From contig BCGN01000009.1 in NCBI GenBank assembly GCA_001599295.1, forward strand, positions 664,413 to 728,412: 64,000 bases of DNA, read 5' to 3'. The translations under genes were made by a program, and so were the position numbers. Below are positions 12,606 through 25,622 of the stretch, one piece after another; the stretch's first letter is position 1, and every line of letters begins with the position of its first letter. Source of the DNA: Sporopachydermia quercuum (lineage: Eukaryota). A model generated the notes under the pieces. It had not been told where the DNA came from, did no database searches, and was given only the letters and a program-made list of their open reading frames with translations.

Positions 12606-15148
12606 TTTGGGCGGATTTATGTATCTAGATTGAAATTATTAGCTAGGTATTCAATTAACTTATACTTGAATATCAATACTAAGGATTGGTTTAATAGCAA
12701 GAAGTAGAGGCTTGGAAACAGAGGAAAGGATGAATGGTTTTCAGGGAAAAGCACCATGTATATATAGTAACATAAATAATAAATGGATGGAAATGAAAAT
12801 GTCCTTTTCGAAGAGTAAAGAGGTCAGTGTACGGAAGAAAACTTAATAACGTTTGGCTTTTAGTCAAGGCTTATAATAAAATAAAAAGAAATNGAAACTT
12901 TGTTTAGCTCGGTGGTGGGATGATTGCCGTGGTGGGAGTTGGAGGATAAGGTTCAGAGGTTGTTGAGGCTGAAGTTGATTTTTTCCTACTGTATTTATAG
13001 TAATAATGTCCTAATATGCTAATGTAAATACTACATTAAAATAGACAATTTATTTACTAGTCTATGACGCAATGAAATTGAACTTTTTTGGAAGGAATCA
13101 GGGGAAAATACGAAGCATTGTTTAGTGATCAGTTCAAAGTGATATTGGTATGCTATATAAGATTGCGTGTCTCTCTTTCTTGTTTACTTATCATACATAT
13201 GAAAAGCAGAACTATATTGCTATTTCCATTTATCAAGTTTTTATAGCCCTGGTTGAATTCACACGAATTTGTAAAATGAGCAACGCTGGAACCACAGCTG
13301 TACCCGTCTACGAACCATCAAAATTTCATTGTCTAATTAACGTTTGGGAAGTTCCAGTTTTTTCGAAGTTGAAGTTTAACCCTATTTCCAATAAATGATT
13401 AATCTCTACCGTTTTTGACCTAAATACGTCAAGTCAAATATCTCAGGGTTCTTCCCCCATTATGATGTATTTGTTTAGAGACAAACAAGTTGGAGATACT
13501 TGATGTCTTGTACAGCCGAATGAACGGAATATCGAGTTATAATGCGTGATGAGATCACTGAATTCATTATTAGCCATGTATATAAGTCCGTCGAAATACC
13601 GAGTAATATATGATAATGGTACGGTCATCAAAGGAACTCTCGAGAGAGAAAAGGGTCCCCTCAGTGAAATGTCATTAGCTAGATTACTTAGTTTGATGAA
13701 AAAGCCACAACAATGGTAGGGATATTCAAATGGCCTGCATGTAGTGCCCATTTCGGCTTGGAAATATCCCATTTTGGTTTCAATCGAAAAACAAGGAGAG
13801 ATGAGAATGATTAGATACTTTAATGTGATTTATGAGTACGTTGTCATAAAAAATTACTCTTTTCAAATCAAATTTCCGTAATCTTAAGAAGTGCATTTAC
13901 AAAGAAAGTTGAGTTAGAGTAATGAATATACAAAAGACTATGGTCGAACTAATCACAAACTTTCAATTCGTGTGAAACTATTTATTCTTACTAAAAGGAG
14001 TATAACAATCAAGAGTTCATGTTAATAAAGGATATATTTCATATATTTTTATTATATTTATTTCATTTTTATTGTTGACTATTTAGATAATGTCGTATTC
14101 TATGTCTCAGTTCCACCTGGCTTCAGGTACCGAAAAATCTTGAATAGCGAAAGAAGAAATACCTGTTTCAGTTAACTTCTTCTGTTTTATTTCAACATAA
14201 ACTGAATTAGACCTAGCTGAAAAATGGTAAGAACTCTTAGGCAATAATACAATGCTAGCATTTGTTTTATGTTGAAGCCCCATGTTCTTGGCTCCCTCTA
14301 GGTGGAGGGAACATGAACAATAGCAGAAATGCTCTAGGTGGTTGAGTGACAAGAGTGAAAAGAAAGAATTTGCAAAGAGATCGCCAATTGGGCTCAAATG
14401 TTGGTAATACGAAAATTCATTGATGTATAAAACTCTTCTCGGTGAATATTGCTTCCGGCCAAAGCTATAACTAATGCTAGCTATTTTGGCTGGCTAAGCT
14501 GGCGGGCAAATTGTTGTATGAGTTCTCAAATTATTGTTATAATCTGAAGTCACCTAGAAGGTGGTTCTGTTTCTCAACAAGAGTTGTTAATAGCGTGAAA
14601 AGAATAATCCGGCAGACTCATCAACATTGTCAACTTTCCTTTCCGAGACATACTTCAGAATAGTTCTATTTTTACTAACAGTTTGTAATTTTTTGAAGCA
14701 TCATTAATCAACTGACAATATCCATATTAATTCATAGTGCTGAAAGTTCAGTCAAGAAATTTAATTTCGTTGGAAGGTCATGAACGGTAGTGTGCTACGT
14801 ATATATAATTTTTCTACGTACGGTACCTGAATTCAATGTCAAACCTTATACCACGCATTAAACCTTAAACTATTATAAGGGTCTCAATAATTAAGTAATA
14901 AATGAATATCGCGCGGACTAAATAAATGAAGGTAAGATCCGTTGCACTCACACGTGATTATATTGAGATGTTAGAGGAAATGTGTGTGTTGAATCATCTT
15001 TTCAAGAAGCTGCAGGAAGAAGCTACTTGATGCTGTATTGTTATGTTGAGATATGCCACTGCAGATATTATTTACTATCTACTAAAATAAAACACTTCTG
15101 AACAATAATACTCATACAAATCTACTGAAATACTCAAATTCTCATTTT

Positions 15149-16533
15149 CTAAAGTCTATGATTGGCCTTATTGAATGCCTTGTCAAAATCAACCAGTGTA
15201 TATCTATATCTAGCTTTTCCATTATGGCATTTAGTCAATGCTTCATGAACTCCTTCTTTAGATATTGGAATTGCCGTAGTCCAAGCTTTCAAACCTCTAT
15301 CTGCTGCCAGTTGTAACATCTCAATCATTTCTTTTCTATTACCTAGATTTGACGCACCAAAGAAACAGGAGTTAGCAATAAACGTTTGAGGCTTTACTTT
15401 GAATCCTTCACCTTCTGGTAGTCCTACCGATACAAATTTACCTCCAATGTCCAACAATGATAAGTACTTATCTAATGGGAAGTTTTCAGCAGAATTGGCA
15501 CAATTGATAATCAAATCAAGCTCGCGATCATAAGGAACCCACCAGTCTTCTTTGCTAGTGGCAATAAAATGAGACGCTCCTAACTTCAATGCATCTTCTT
15601 TCTTGCTTTCTGTTCTTGATATAACATACACTTCTGCTCCTAATGCTTTGGCCCACATTATAGCAAAATGTCCTAATCCACCCATACCAAGAACACCTAT
15701 TTTTTTCCCTGGGCCTGCTCCATTACGTACTAATGGTGAATAAGTTGTGATTCCTGCACATAGCATTGGTGCTGCTGAAACTGTGTCTAAACCATCAGGT
15801 ATTTTGAATACGAAATGCTCTGAAGCTCTAACATGAGATGCGAATCCACCCATTGATTTCACACCGTCAGGATACAGAAAATCATAAGTTTCTGTATGAT
15901 TGATTATTAGTTAGAGGATTTTCCCAATATACGTATAATCAACTCAAATAATTAAATCCTCATATGGGCTATAANCATCAATTATACTTACCAACAGTGT
16001 TGGGACAATATTGTTCTCCCCCTTTTTTACATGTTTTGCATTTCAAGCAAGCCCAGACCTGAGCTCCAACACCTACCCTATCGCCAAGTTTGACAGTAGT
16101 TACATCTTTTCCTACCCTTACAGCCTTTCCGATGATTTCTACTAATTAGTATTTTGAATGCGATTTCTGAAGCATATTAGCATCATTATCTTTGGTCACT
16201 TCTATAGATCGAAGAAATACGTACCATGACCAACAACAATTGGGTACTTGGTTTCACCCCAGCCGCTGGTAGCAGTGTGAATATCTGACGCGCAGACTCC
16301 GCACGCTTCGATTTCAACGTCGATATCTGTTTCTTCCCACGTTTTAGGAGGATACTTTGATAGTTTGTTAGTTGATGAAATATAAGGACAAATAGTGCCT
16401 TAAAGAAAAAGCGCATTGATTGAATAACTGTTTGATTACCTATCTCGTTCATACGTACTTCGTATAACTCAGGTTCTGACCATTTGTCAGCGGTGAAAAT
16501 AGCAAACCCTTTGAACTTATCAGGATAACACAT
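15149..16533 (-). CDS. ADH6: NADPH-dependent Zn alcohol dehydrogenase (cinnamyl-ADH family); exons 16533-16459, 16354-16225, 16138-15992, 15891-15149
   Basis: The spliced product gives ACGVCASDIH, GHE, CLKCKTCK..EQYC, APMLCAGITTYSPL and GMGGLG. Three introns with GTACGT, GTACGT and GTAAGT donors. ADH6 versus ADH7 cannot be resolved. Confidence 0.9.
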
Positions 16534-18359
16534 TATGAGTAATTGAGTAATTTAAGAGTAGTTCGACAGCAAAAAAAAANCTTTTATTATTCGTATTATT
16601 ATTTATTTCCTGTTCCCAGTTATATTGTTATATTTATGATTATTCTGGAATTCTTTTCTCTATCAAACTCGATATAGTCCTACTTCTTTACTGTCAATTG
16701 AGTTCAATAAGACTATGCACTCACGTTAAACGGCATTGCAAAAGAACCACTAGTAAGAATATAATACTAAAACTTGGTGATAATAATGACGCAAAAAAGC
16801 AAGAGAAAGATGAGCACACAGCAGATTTTATATCAAAGANCATCAATTGTTTATTCAAGCGGCAATTCAGCAGCATCTGAGTAGCTAACCTTATCAGTAT
16901 TGATTTTCTCCAATAGGTGTTAAGAACATGCATCCGATAACGATCTTTAGATCAATAAGAGGAACGAGAAAAAAAACATCAGCAAAAGAATAAATTGATG
17001 GAAGACTTTTTTTTAAATATTTATATTTTCTCCTACAAGTAATAGCAAATGATAAATAGTAAGAGTCATATTTCATATTTTCTCTTTCTCTCGGTAGTTT
17101 CTTTATAAGAATATTGACAGATTAATGGAAGTGCCTTCATTCAACCATACATAGTAAAAGACTAAGGGAACGAGAACTTAGCTAATCATGTAGAAAAGGG
17201 CTGAAACTTCCACTTTTTTACTTCCTAACTATTTACTACATACTTTAGTTAGATAGTCTATTCTAATTCCTAATTTTTACCGCTTGAACTCTTTATCCTT
17301 TATCAATAAATTCAGGTCAATCATTGATAACGAAATGGCTTTCCACTTGCCTAGATAGGAAGGATTTATGGCAAGGGACGAGGGATGGATTTACGATAAG
17401 AGGAAAGAGGGCAGCTGGAATAGAACAGGTAGGATAAACTGTGAAATTGAAGGATATATTGGTGTTAATGATGATAGAAACAACTTTGAGAACGTCCTAG
17501 GGAAGAAAAAGAGAGAATTACGAATGGATGGATTGACTGTGTTGATTGTCATTCCTCATTATATCAGTATCGCAGTTTCATAATATTGTTTTTGTTAATT
17601 GAAGTGAACAGAAATGATCCGTTCGAGTAGTAATGGATTTTATNTTCAAACTGATCAAACTATTGAAGTAAAATAACGATTTTATTGCGTGAGAATGAAT
17701 ATCTGTAAGAATTCATTGATAAAGCTGGTTGAATTTATGGTGTAGTTGGAGGCTTTTCTATAAAAACGGAAACCGTCTATAATCTAAAGAACTGATATAT
17801 AAATGATCAGACCTTAATTCAGTACTACGGTAATCCTGAACAATGACTATGGTTCAGGCACGTATGCATGCAACTTGTATAGTTCTTACCTTACTTCCAC
17901 AACTATCTTTCTTCATCTCATACCAAAAACTTCATCAATTACAATATTAAAAAAGATCTGAATTGAATAGTATCGGCCTTAGAATCCAAATCTAAGTCCA
18001 TCTTTCACCAAACATATCTCAAACAAATTCCTACACATCCCGCGGCACCCTCCCCATGCACTCTTCCTGTACTGACATGCACACTTTCAAACCTTAAAAT
18101 GCTATTACCTTAGTAAAACATTTTCGTCTCTAACATTAGCCCCGTTTATTACCCCTTCCGTCTATACTCATGTTACAAGAACGAAACCTAGCCTTGATCT
18201 GCCTTCTATATTCTGTGTGGAGNGCTTTTGATACTCAACTGGCTATTGAATAGAATTCGGAGACCATCAACAACTGCACTTGCCAGTAGCATTATGGAAT
18301 AGTAGCCATTGAAATNGTTGTCAGTTAACAAATAAGGTTGTGTAGAGCAGTAACAGATT

Positions 18360-20206
18360 TTGGGAGAATATGAGTGTGAGTGTGGGGAAGATACCGATGA
18401 ACAATTCGGGAACTTGTTAACTCAAATACTGGACAGTGAGGAGTTTCTGCAGCAGGAGTTTAAGGAGTATAGGGAATCTGAGGAATTTGGACGAATTGAA
18501 GTAGTAGAAGATCCTTTACATGCAGCCCTGGATGCTTATAAAGGACACGCTTCATCTTCGGAAGATTTGAGCATTGATCTTAATGGTACTCTCAACGGTA
18601 ATGGTGATGATAGTGCATCAAACAATGGCCATGGGTATTTTAGAAAAAAGAAACATTCAATAACAGGACAAGCAGAGGATTATGATATGAAAAGCAGAAA
18701 AAGAAGAAGAAGTGCCAGATTAAGGAAACCCGTGAACTATTCAGAATCTCAGGTGCTAAATCCACCGATTGACGAAGAAGCTCTTGCAGAACAGACATCA
18801 ACAGATTTACCTTCAATGGATATAGTGAACTCAAACTCCGAGAAAGTGTTTATTCCAATTTTAGGAAAATACTCTTCAGCTACATGCTCGCCATCTGCTA
18901 AACATATTTATATCTATGATGCCAGCGACAGAGCGTCCAATCTAGCCCAGAAACTGGTGTCTTTAAACTTATCAAATGGCTTGCTTCATGCATACTCAGG
19001 AGAAGGTAATGTGTTCAGAAATGACCATTCAGCAGTGTTTGTTGGAAGACATCGGCTATTAGTCTATGGAGGTGTTCAACCTCAAGNTAATAGAACACTA
19101 CCATCGAGTCTTTCAAGCCTGGTGACCTATCATACTACTAGAAAGCTCTGGACTCCTTTCCAACTACATCCAATGTCTCCTGTGCCTCCAGAAAGATACG
19201 TACATGCTTTCTATTTATTGCCTGACAAGAAAAGCTTCTTTATTTCTGGCATCAGCATCTACGGAACTTCAAACGGACCCAGACATGTCCTTAAAGATGT
19301 ATGGAAACTGGATCTTCAGAAAAGGGTATGGTCTTGTCTTTCCACAGACTGTATTGTTAGTTTTAATCATTCGATGATCCTCTCGCCGAGAGGCCGTTTA
19401 TATATGTTTGGGAATTTCAAAGAAGCAATTCCGACTTTCAATCAGAAGATTCCTCGAAGTGTGCGGATCGGGGAATATCTTCAGTGGTTTATTGGCTAGA
19501 TCTACGTGATTTTGGCAAGGGAATTCTAGAAAACATTACAGAACAAGTAGAAATAGGCAAGATAATCAAACCAGTGTCTTTCTTCAACATTCACTCTATT
19601 TATTCAATAGATTATGGTAGGGGATTCGTCTTGGAGATAGCGTTTGAAGTAGATCAAGACAGTGCTCTCACAGGTAAGCTTGAATTATCAATGTTTGATA
19701 TTTTGAACGAAACATGGTCGGTTCTACGTCCACAGAAAATATATGAACTGCTTGATCTTAGCAATATCATACCATTGTTTTTCCCTATCTGCAAACGAGA
19801 TCTGACGGTTTTATGCCATGAGAATGTTGATATTGATGAAGNGGAGGATACAACATCCAAACGACTATTGCGATTCATATGCTGTAAAAGAAAAGGTATT
19901 GATCCTCAATTGCGTACTCCTAAGCGAAGCCTAAGAAAAAGGGATGCTCATTTTGTCATTCCTCAGAAAATATACCGAATATCGTTATCGAAACATTTAG
20001 GCATAACCAAAGATATGCTGAAGAGGTCTTTATTATCAGATGATGATAAATATAATGATAGCTATAATGATAGTGATAGTTTCTATGGTACCAGGAATTT
20101 TTATGAAGCTCCGAATGATGCAGAATATGCTTTTACTCAAATATATGAAGAAGACAATGACTATGACGATGAGTGTGAAGAGGAAGAAGACGATGATGAT
20201 ATATGA
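18360..20206 (+). pseudogene. Kelch-repeat protein (Ral2/Mds3-like blades) split by a frameshift near 19410; pseudogene or assembly indel
   Basis: Kelch motifs RNDHSAV..LLVYGG, PPERYVHA, DVWKLDL..W and RLYMFG in ORF1. The blade continues (SVVYWLDL) in the -1 frame, which is open from at least 19406. The start is unresolved; the first in-frame ATG is 18687. Confidence 0.55.
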
Positions 20207-20467
20207 GAAGGCTGATAAATGCATTGCATGAAGAGAACAGAGGATGACATAACAAGAAGAATAACAATAGCAATAACAGGAACAATTAACTATCACATAG
20301 CCGGCCATTTTTATTCAACCTCCAACCTTTGAATGAATGAGAGTATGANTCAATAATGACCAATCACTGTACATCAACCAAACACATACTATATACATAT
20401 ACTGTACACTACACTTCTATACTATTTATACTATGATACTATTTTAGATAGATACTGAGAGTATCAA

Positions 20468-21847
20468 CTAATTAGAATTATAATTAGGCAAAAGATCACT
20501 AGCCAAACTAGGAGCATAGCTATCCTCTTCTTCTTCCTCTTCGTCCTGCTGAATCTCGGCCCTGCTGGCATAACTCAACACTAGGAAACCTATTATCACC
20601 AAAATATACCCCAGTATCTGCCAGGAGGACATTTTATTGCCAAAAACTACCCACTCAACTACTCCAACTCCAAATATACTCACCAAAGAACTCACACTTG
20701 ATAAGACTGGTGACGTGAGAGAAGTAAGAATAAGGAAAGATGCACAGAACAAAACGTTACATATAACAGAACCCCAGAGAATCATCCATACAGATTTCTG
20801 GGTGGGGAAACTAAACACATGAAATCCACATAGTTCGGCTAATCCTAAACCAATAGAAAGAATAACAAAAGTAGCAATTCCCAGCAAAGTAGCATTGAAA
20901 TTAGAAAACGTAGCCTGCCGTTTGGCTGAAACCAATTCTGCGGGCGGACAGGAAAGCTTCTTATATAACACTTCATACCAACCGTAAAGAACAGCTCCTA
21001 AAGCAATAAGAATGTTTCCTTCCATTCTGTATTTATACTCTTTAACACTTGGATCTGGTTTGGAATATGCAACAATAAATATCCCTAGAATAGCTATCAC
21101 TACGCTTGATATTTTCACCCAGCTGAACCTCTCATCTAGTAGTTTCAACGAGAACAAATACGCGAAAAAACATGAAGTGTTGTAGATAGCTGTTAAATCA
21201 CCTGCAGTGGTTAAATTCACTGCAATATACCAAGTTGAAGCTCCTATTGTGAGAACAATACATAGTATAAACGCAGATTTGCAGATATACAATATAGGAG
21301 AGATATGATGAGTATGGCTATGGTTTTTACCTAAGAACTTGTCGATGAAGGAAACGCGTTGACCACGAAGAATACTTCCTGGGGGAGCAATTTTCAAATT
21401 ATTCACCATAGTGATTTCTGCTGTTGAGTATACTTGTTGCAGCTGTTTTCTTATTGATCTCTTGAACTCGTTTCCTGGCGTTCTACTAGGTATTCCATTT
21501 ATATCTGGTTGAGACCCTATAGCAGTATACGCCGAGGAACTGCTATTTCTTAATTCACTATTTATAGCATGTTTCAGCCACTTGTAGGTAGCTACCATCA
21601 ACACCTGGCCTGGAAATAAAATCACCCAGGACGAATGGGTAAGAAACATCACTAGAAACGGTTCATGATAATTATATCTGCTCGACAGTTGAGCAGCTAG
21701 TTCAGTTTGGCCAATGAATGCGAATAGGGATATTAGAAACGAGAAAACTACGAGAATAACTTTCTTTTTAGACGACTCCTGATGATGGTGTTTCGGTACA
21801 ATTTCGCTGAGTTCTCTGTCGAAATCGTTATCGAGATTGACATTCAT
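20468..21847 (-). CDS. DMT/EamA superfamily (SLC35F-like) multi-pass transporter
   Basis: About 10 TM segments; TAIYNTSCFFAYLFS, LYGWYEVLYKK and LTSPVLSSV motifs. Confidence 0.85.
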   Translation of the reverse strand: MNVNLDNDFDRELSEIVPKHHHQESSKKKVILVVFSFLISLFAFIGQTELAAQLSSRYNYHEPFLVMFLTHSSWVILFPGQVLMVATYKWLKHAINSELRNSSSSAYTAIGSQPDINGIPSRTPGNEFKRSIRKQLQQVYSTAEITMVNNLKIAPPGSILRGQRVSFIDKFLGKNHSHTHHISPILYICKSAFILCIVLTIGASTWYIAVNLTTAGDLTAIYNTSCFFAYLFSLKLLDERFSWVKISSVVIAILGIFIVAYSKPDPSVKEYKYRMEGNILIALGAVLYGWYEVLYKKLSCPPAELVSAKRQATFSNFNATLLGIATFVILSIGLGLAELCGFHVFSFPTQKSVWMILWGSVICNVLFCASFLILTSLTSPVLSSVSSLVSIFGVGVVEWVVFGNKMSSWQILGYILVIIGFLVLSYASRAEIQQDEEEEEEDSYAPSLASDLLPNYNSN

Positions 21848-23160
21848 GGTGATAATATGTTGTGGAGTATAATAGGGAGAGATGCTGAGCGTGAGTGGAA
21901 TGGAAACTGTTGATGAGAATGTATGAAATAGATGAATTCCTAGCAGCAGGCGCCTGAGATATTGCTGCTCACTTCATAAAGCAGTTAGAAGCTGAGAAGA
22001 AAATGTTTTTATAGTAAAATTGTATGCTCTGTTGTATTATTGCAATTGTTTATTTAATGATAGCTGCCATTCGGTCAGACTGAGCATATTAGCAAGTGCC
22101 TATTGTGTTGTCAGTGGTCAGCGATCTATTATCTTGAACGATACTGTGTGTCTGTTCCGTTCCTAAGTACGTATGAGTAAACAGCAAAGGAAACAACGAT
22201 AAGGATCAATATTGAATATATGCCATTGTTAGAAGAAGAAGGTATAGTAAGTATGAAGTGGTAACTGAAGAAGTAAGGAAGTAAAGAAGCAGGGAAATGA
22301 CAGAGAAAAATGGTCCAGAATAAACTTTTAAAGCGATTCCTAATTTGGGTAAAATTTGCATTTAAGGTTAAACGTTTTGCCCAAGTAAAACATTAAGTTT
22401 GGTTTTAGTTTATGGGGGTTGAGGTAGAATGCTAACAGGAGTTAGTCATTAGGAGTAATACAATAGGCTTGTTGTGCTATGAAGATTAAAAAATAAAGAA
22501 CTGGCTGTTTGCTATTTGCAATCATCCCTACAAGATTGTTTTTGTTGCAATTGAAGAAGGAAATCTGGAGGTTTGCTAGAGGCCAGACACATGTTCCGCT
22601 GCGAATTTCACTTGCAGGATTCCACATACTTTAGCTGAACCTTAATTGATTACCCATATGGAAACTGGTTTATATGTGAACATATTTCTGTTCATCTTTA
22701 GACGATCCTAATGGAACATTCTTCTTAGTAAATTCAAAACTGATAATTGCTTCCTAAATATCACAGCAAGTGAGAAAAGAAATAAATTCAGTGAAAGCAA
22801 CCAATGCTTCTTACTCCATTCGCTTTCAGATGAATAAGGTTAGCATTACTGCATCATGTGCATCGGTCTTACATATTTCATCTAAACCTTAAAATTGGGG
22901 TCTACTCATTATTTTGATAATTCAGCTTTTACTGGAAATAAATGTGATTAAAAGTTGATGAATTGAGCAAATTTGAATCAAATAACCGATGTTTTATTGA
23001 TAAAGAAGCAGGCATTTCTAGTTCTTTTATTATGTCTTTCTTTGTTTTTTCTTTCTTCAATATCATATATAATCAAACATTTTACACATCAAATCTCATA
23101 TACCATGTCCTCTATTTAAACTTATCATTAAGCTTTTCCGGTACTAATTACTAATTTCTC

Positions 23161-25440
23161 TTATTCATTCAACAGCTTCTCGATATCAGAAACAACTAAT
23201 CTAAACCTTTGTTCCTTCTTATCTGCATCGCTGACCCAAGACCTCCATGACTTAACAATTTCACTACTCTTAGAATACTCAGGAAAGCCAAGAACCAACG
23301 TACCCAATGTAAATAACAACCGATAGCTTGCTTCTGAAGAAGTAGAAGACAATTTACTGCCATGAGCAACAAGGATCTTAAATATCTTCTCAGCTATTTC
23401 TGTTGACTTCAATATATATGCATCAACAGTGTAGTTGAGCAAAACAGTAGCTAGGGCAATGCTTCCCGGTCCATTCACAGAAATTGATGTCAAAACGTCT
23501 TCAAATATCTCAAATAAGAAGTTCAACAGACTTTCCCTATTTAATAAAGCAATACCCCAAGGAACTGTAAATAAATTAGCTATTACTCTCATAGACATCA
23601 TGAAATTATTAGCAACAGTGCCATCAATAACCCCTGGTTGCGTCAATAACAAGAAAAAGTTCTCTGGGCTTGATTCTAAGAACAAAACAACGATTCTGAA
23701 TAAATCAAGACCGATGACTTTTCTTGATGGGTCCCAATTCACTATAATCTTCGTTATAAAAGGCAATAATGATATAGAGCTAACATATGACTTCTCTTCA
23801 AGGGTGGTAATGATCTCTTTCAATTCATCCTCTGAGAAGTTGTTGGCCTCTGCAAAGTTGAACTTGGTTAAGCCTTTCTTCAAAGAATCCACTGATACTG
23901 ATTCAAATGATAGATATTTCGACTGGGGGATCACGTTTAGTTTCAAGTGCTTCTTCTCACCATCAGCAGAATGTTGCACAAGAGCACGATCAGCCTTTGT
24001 AGGAGGATTTGGTACTGGTTGAGAATTTGACCCTTCGTTCGCAGCAGTTCTAGTACTGGATCCGCCATGATATCCTGTGCCGTAAGAATTATCAACAGTG
24101 TTTGATAGATTTACCCCTGAAGTATTCTGAAGCAGAAAATTAACAATATCTTCTCTGTAAGATTGAGGCAAATCATTGGCTACTAAGAACTTGTCCGCAG
24201 TAGTATATGGATTATCGCTAACATTGTAAGGAAGTTTCAATGGTGGAGCACCATCTTTAATATCAACATCAAAAACATAATCATAGTATTGGCCTTCATA
24301 AAGTACCTTCTTATCAGAGCCAGCTCCCCCAGTGACATCACCGATTTTGATCCATGATCCGTAACTCCACTGATAAGCTTCCACTGTGCCAGTCTCTGAA
24401 AGGATCATTTTAATATCACCTTCTTTTGATCCTGGGTTCTTGAGACCTTCTGCACCTTCTAGTTTTGACTTATCTATACCTCCAGCTTCATTATCAGCGA
24501 CAGCATAATGAGAAACCAGATCATCGAACAGTTTGATTTGATCCTTGGAAGCCCAGCGAGATGAGTCCCTCGAAAAAACGTATATTCTGTTATCGCTGCC
24601 ACCGCAAGCAAAGTCACCATTGCTAGAGACAGCAGTGCACCATACAGAAACGCAAGGGAAAGAAATCACTTGAATACATTCACCGTTTGACCAAACTCTT
24701 ACTGTTCTATCCTCACCACTAGAAATTATCTCTCCAGAAGGTGTTGTAGATACTGAGTAGACAAAACTAGTATGTCCTTCTAATGTAGCAATAGGTGTAC
24801 CATCGAATGACCATACTTTGATAGTACCATCATTGGAACAACTAGCAAATGATGTGCCATCAGGCAATAGACACAATCCTCTAACAGGTTGAGTATGACC
24901 TTTGAACGTTTGAACTGTTTTCTCGCCTTTCCAGAGCTTTATCGTTGAATCAGCCGATCCTGTAAGAAATTCATCTTCTGATATAATCAAAACTGCCCAT
25001 ACACCTCCTTGGTGTCCCTGAAGAACATACGTAACATTAGGGATACTCCAAATACGAGCAGTGCCATCCCAGCTTCCACTGGCGACCAAATTGTCTTTTG
25101 CAGTTAGAGCACATACGTTATTCTCATGCCCAGCCAAATAAAATACAGGATCCATTAATTCGTCAGCCAGTGGCGTTACAGCTATAACACTATCTTGACC
25201 TCCTGATACAATGTACTCTACATCATCTTCAGTGATAGTAGTAACACTATTGACAAATCTATCACTTTTCCTGTTGATGGCGCTTTGCCAGTGCCTGGAA
25301 TCTTCGTTCTGCTGCCAAAGACGCACAGTTCCATCTCGTGATGCTGACACGATTCTGTTCGGAAGAGAGAAAGACAATGCCTTAACGTCTTGCTCGTGGC
25401 CTTCTAGGCTTGCACTTAGTTTGAATCTCGAGTCTGACAT
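23161..25440 (-). CDS. DOA1: Doa1/Ufd3 (PLAA) Cdc48 cofactor: WD40-PFU-PUL
   Basis: Seven WD40 repeats, PFU motif YDYVFDVDIKDGAPPLKLPYN, C-terminal PUL helical region. Confidence 0.96.
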   Translation of the reverse strand: MSDSRFKLSASLEGHEQDVKALSFSLPNRIVSASRDGTVRLWQQNEDSRHWQSAINRKSDRFVNSVTTITEDDVEYIVSGGQDSVIAVTPLADELMDPVFYLAGHENNVCALTAKDNLVASGSWDGTARIWSIPNVTYVLQGHQGGVWAVLIISEDEFLTGSADSTIKLWKGEKTVQTFKGHTQPVRGLCLLPDGTSFASCSNDGTIKVWSFDGTPIATLEGHTSFVYSVSTTPSGEIISSGEDRTVRVWSNGECIQVISFPCVSVWCTAVSSNGDFACGGSDNRIYVFSRDSSRWASKDQIKLFDDLVSHYAVADNEAGGIDKSKLEGAEGLKNPGSKEGDIKMILSETGTVEAYQWSYGSWIKIGDVTGGAGSDKKVLYEGQYYDYVFDVDIKDGAPPLKLPYNVSDNPYTTADKFLVANDLPQSYREDIVNFLLQNTSGVNLSNTVDNSYGTGYHGGSSTRTAANEGSNSQPVPNPPTKADRALVQHSADGEKKHLKLNVIPQSKYLSFESVSVDSLKKGLTKFNFAEANNFSEDELKEIITTLEEKSYVSSISLLPFITKIIVNWDPSRKVIGLDLFRIVVLFLESSPENFFLLLTQPGVIDGTVANNFMMSMRVIANLFTVPWGIALLNRESLLNFLFEIFEDVLTSISVNGPGSIALATVLLNYTVDAYILKSTEIAEKIFKILVAHGSKLSSTSSEASYRLLFTLGTLVLGFPEYSKSSEIVKSWRSWVSDADKKEQRFRLVVSDIEKLLNE

Positions 25441-25446
25441 TTCAGT

Positions 25447-25486
25447 GGAAATTAACGGAAATTAACGGAAATGAACAGAAATCAAT
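25447..25486. repeat. Four degenerate 10-bp units (ggaaattaac) just upstream of the DOA1 ATG
   Basis: Directly visible. Confidence 0.8.
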
Positions 25487-25613
25487 GCAGAAAAATTGGA
25501 GATAATTCAAATTTCCGTTTGGTATCGAGAATCGTACTAAAAATATGAATTAAAAGCAGGATTTACCGATTAGCAGTACTATTCATATACAGTTAATTTT
25601 TGTTCTGTATACC

Positions 25614-25622
25614 TTTGCCTCC
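25614..25622 (-). promoter_or_regulatory. Possible Rpn4 (PACE-variant) site GGAGGCAAA upstream of DOA1
   Basis: Matches the GRAGGCAAA Rpn4 variant known from Candida proteasome genes. Single short match. Confidence 0.35.

Noticed and set aside
13150..14397. Short orphan ORFs (82-109 aa) between CWP1 and ADH6
   Set aside because: No domain features, splice support or mobile-element similarity that I can recognise.
21850..22700. TPP riboswitch upstream of the SLC35F-like transporter
   Set aside because: No CTGAGA plus ACCTGAT/GNTAAT aptamer core found on the sense strand.
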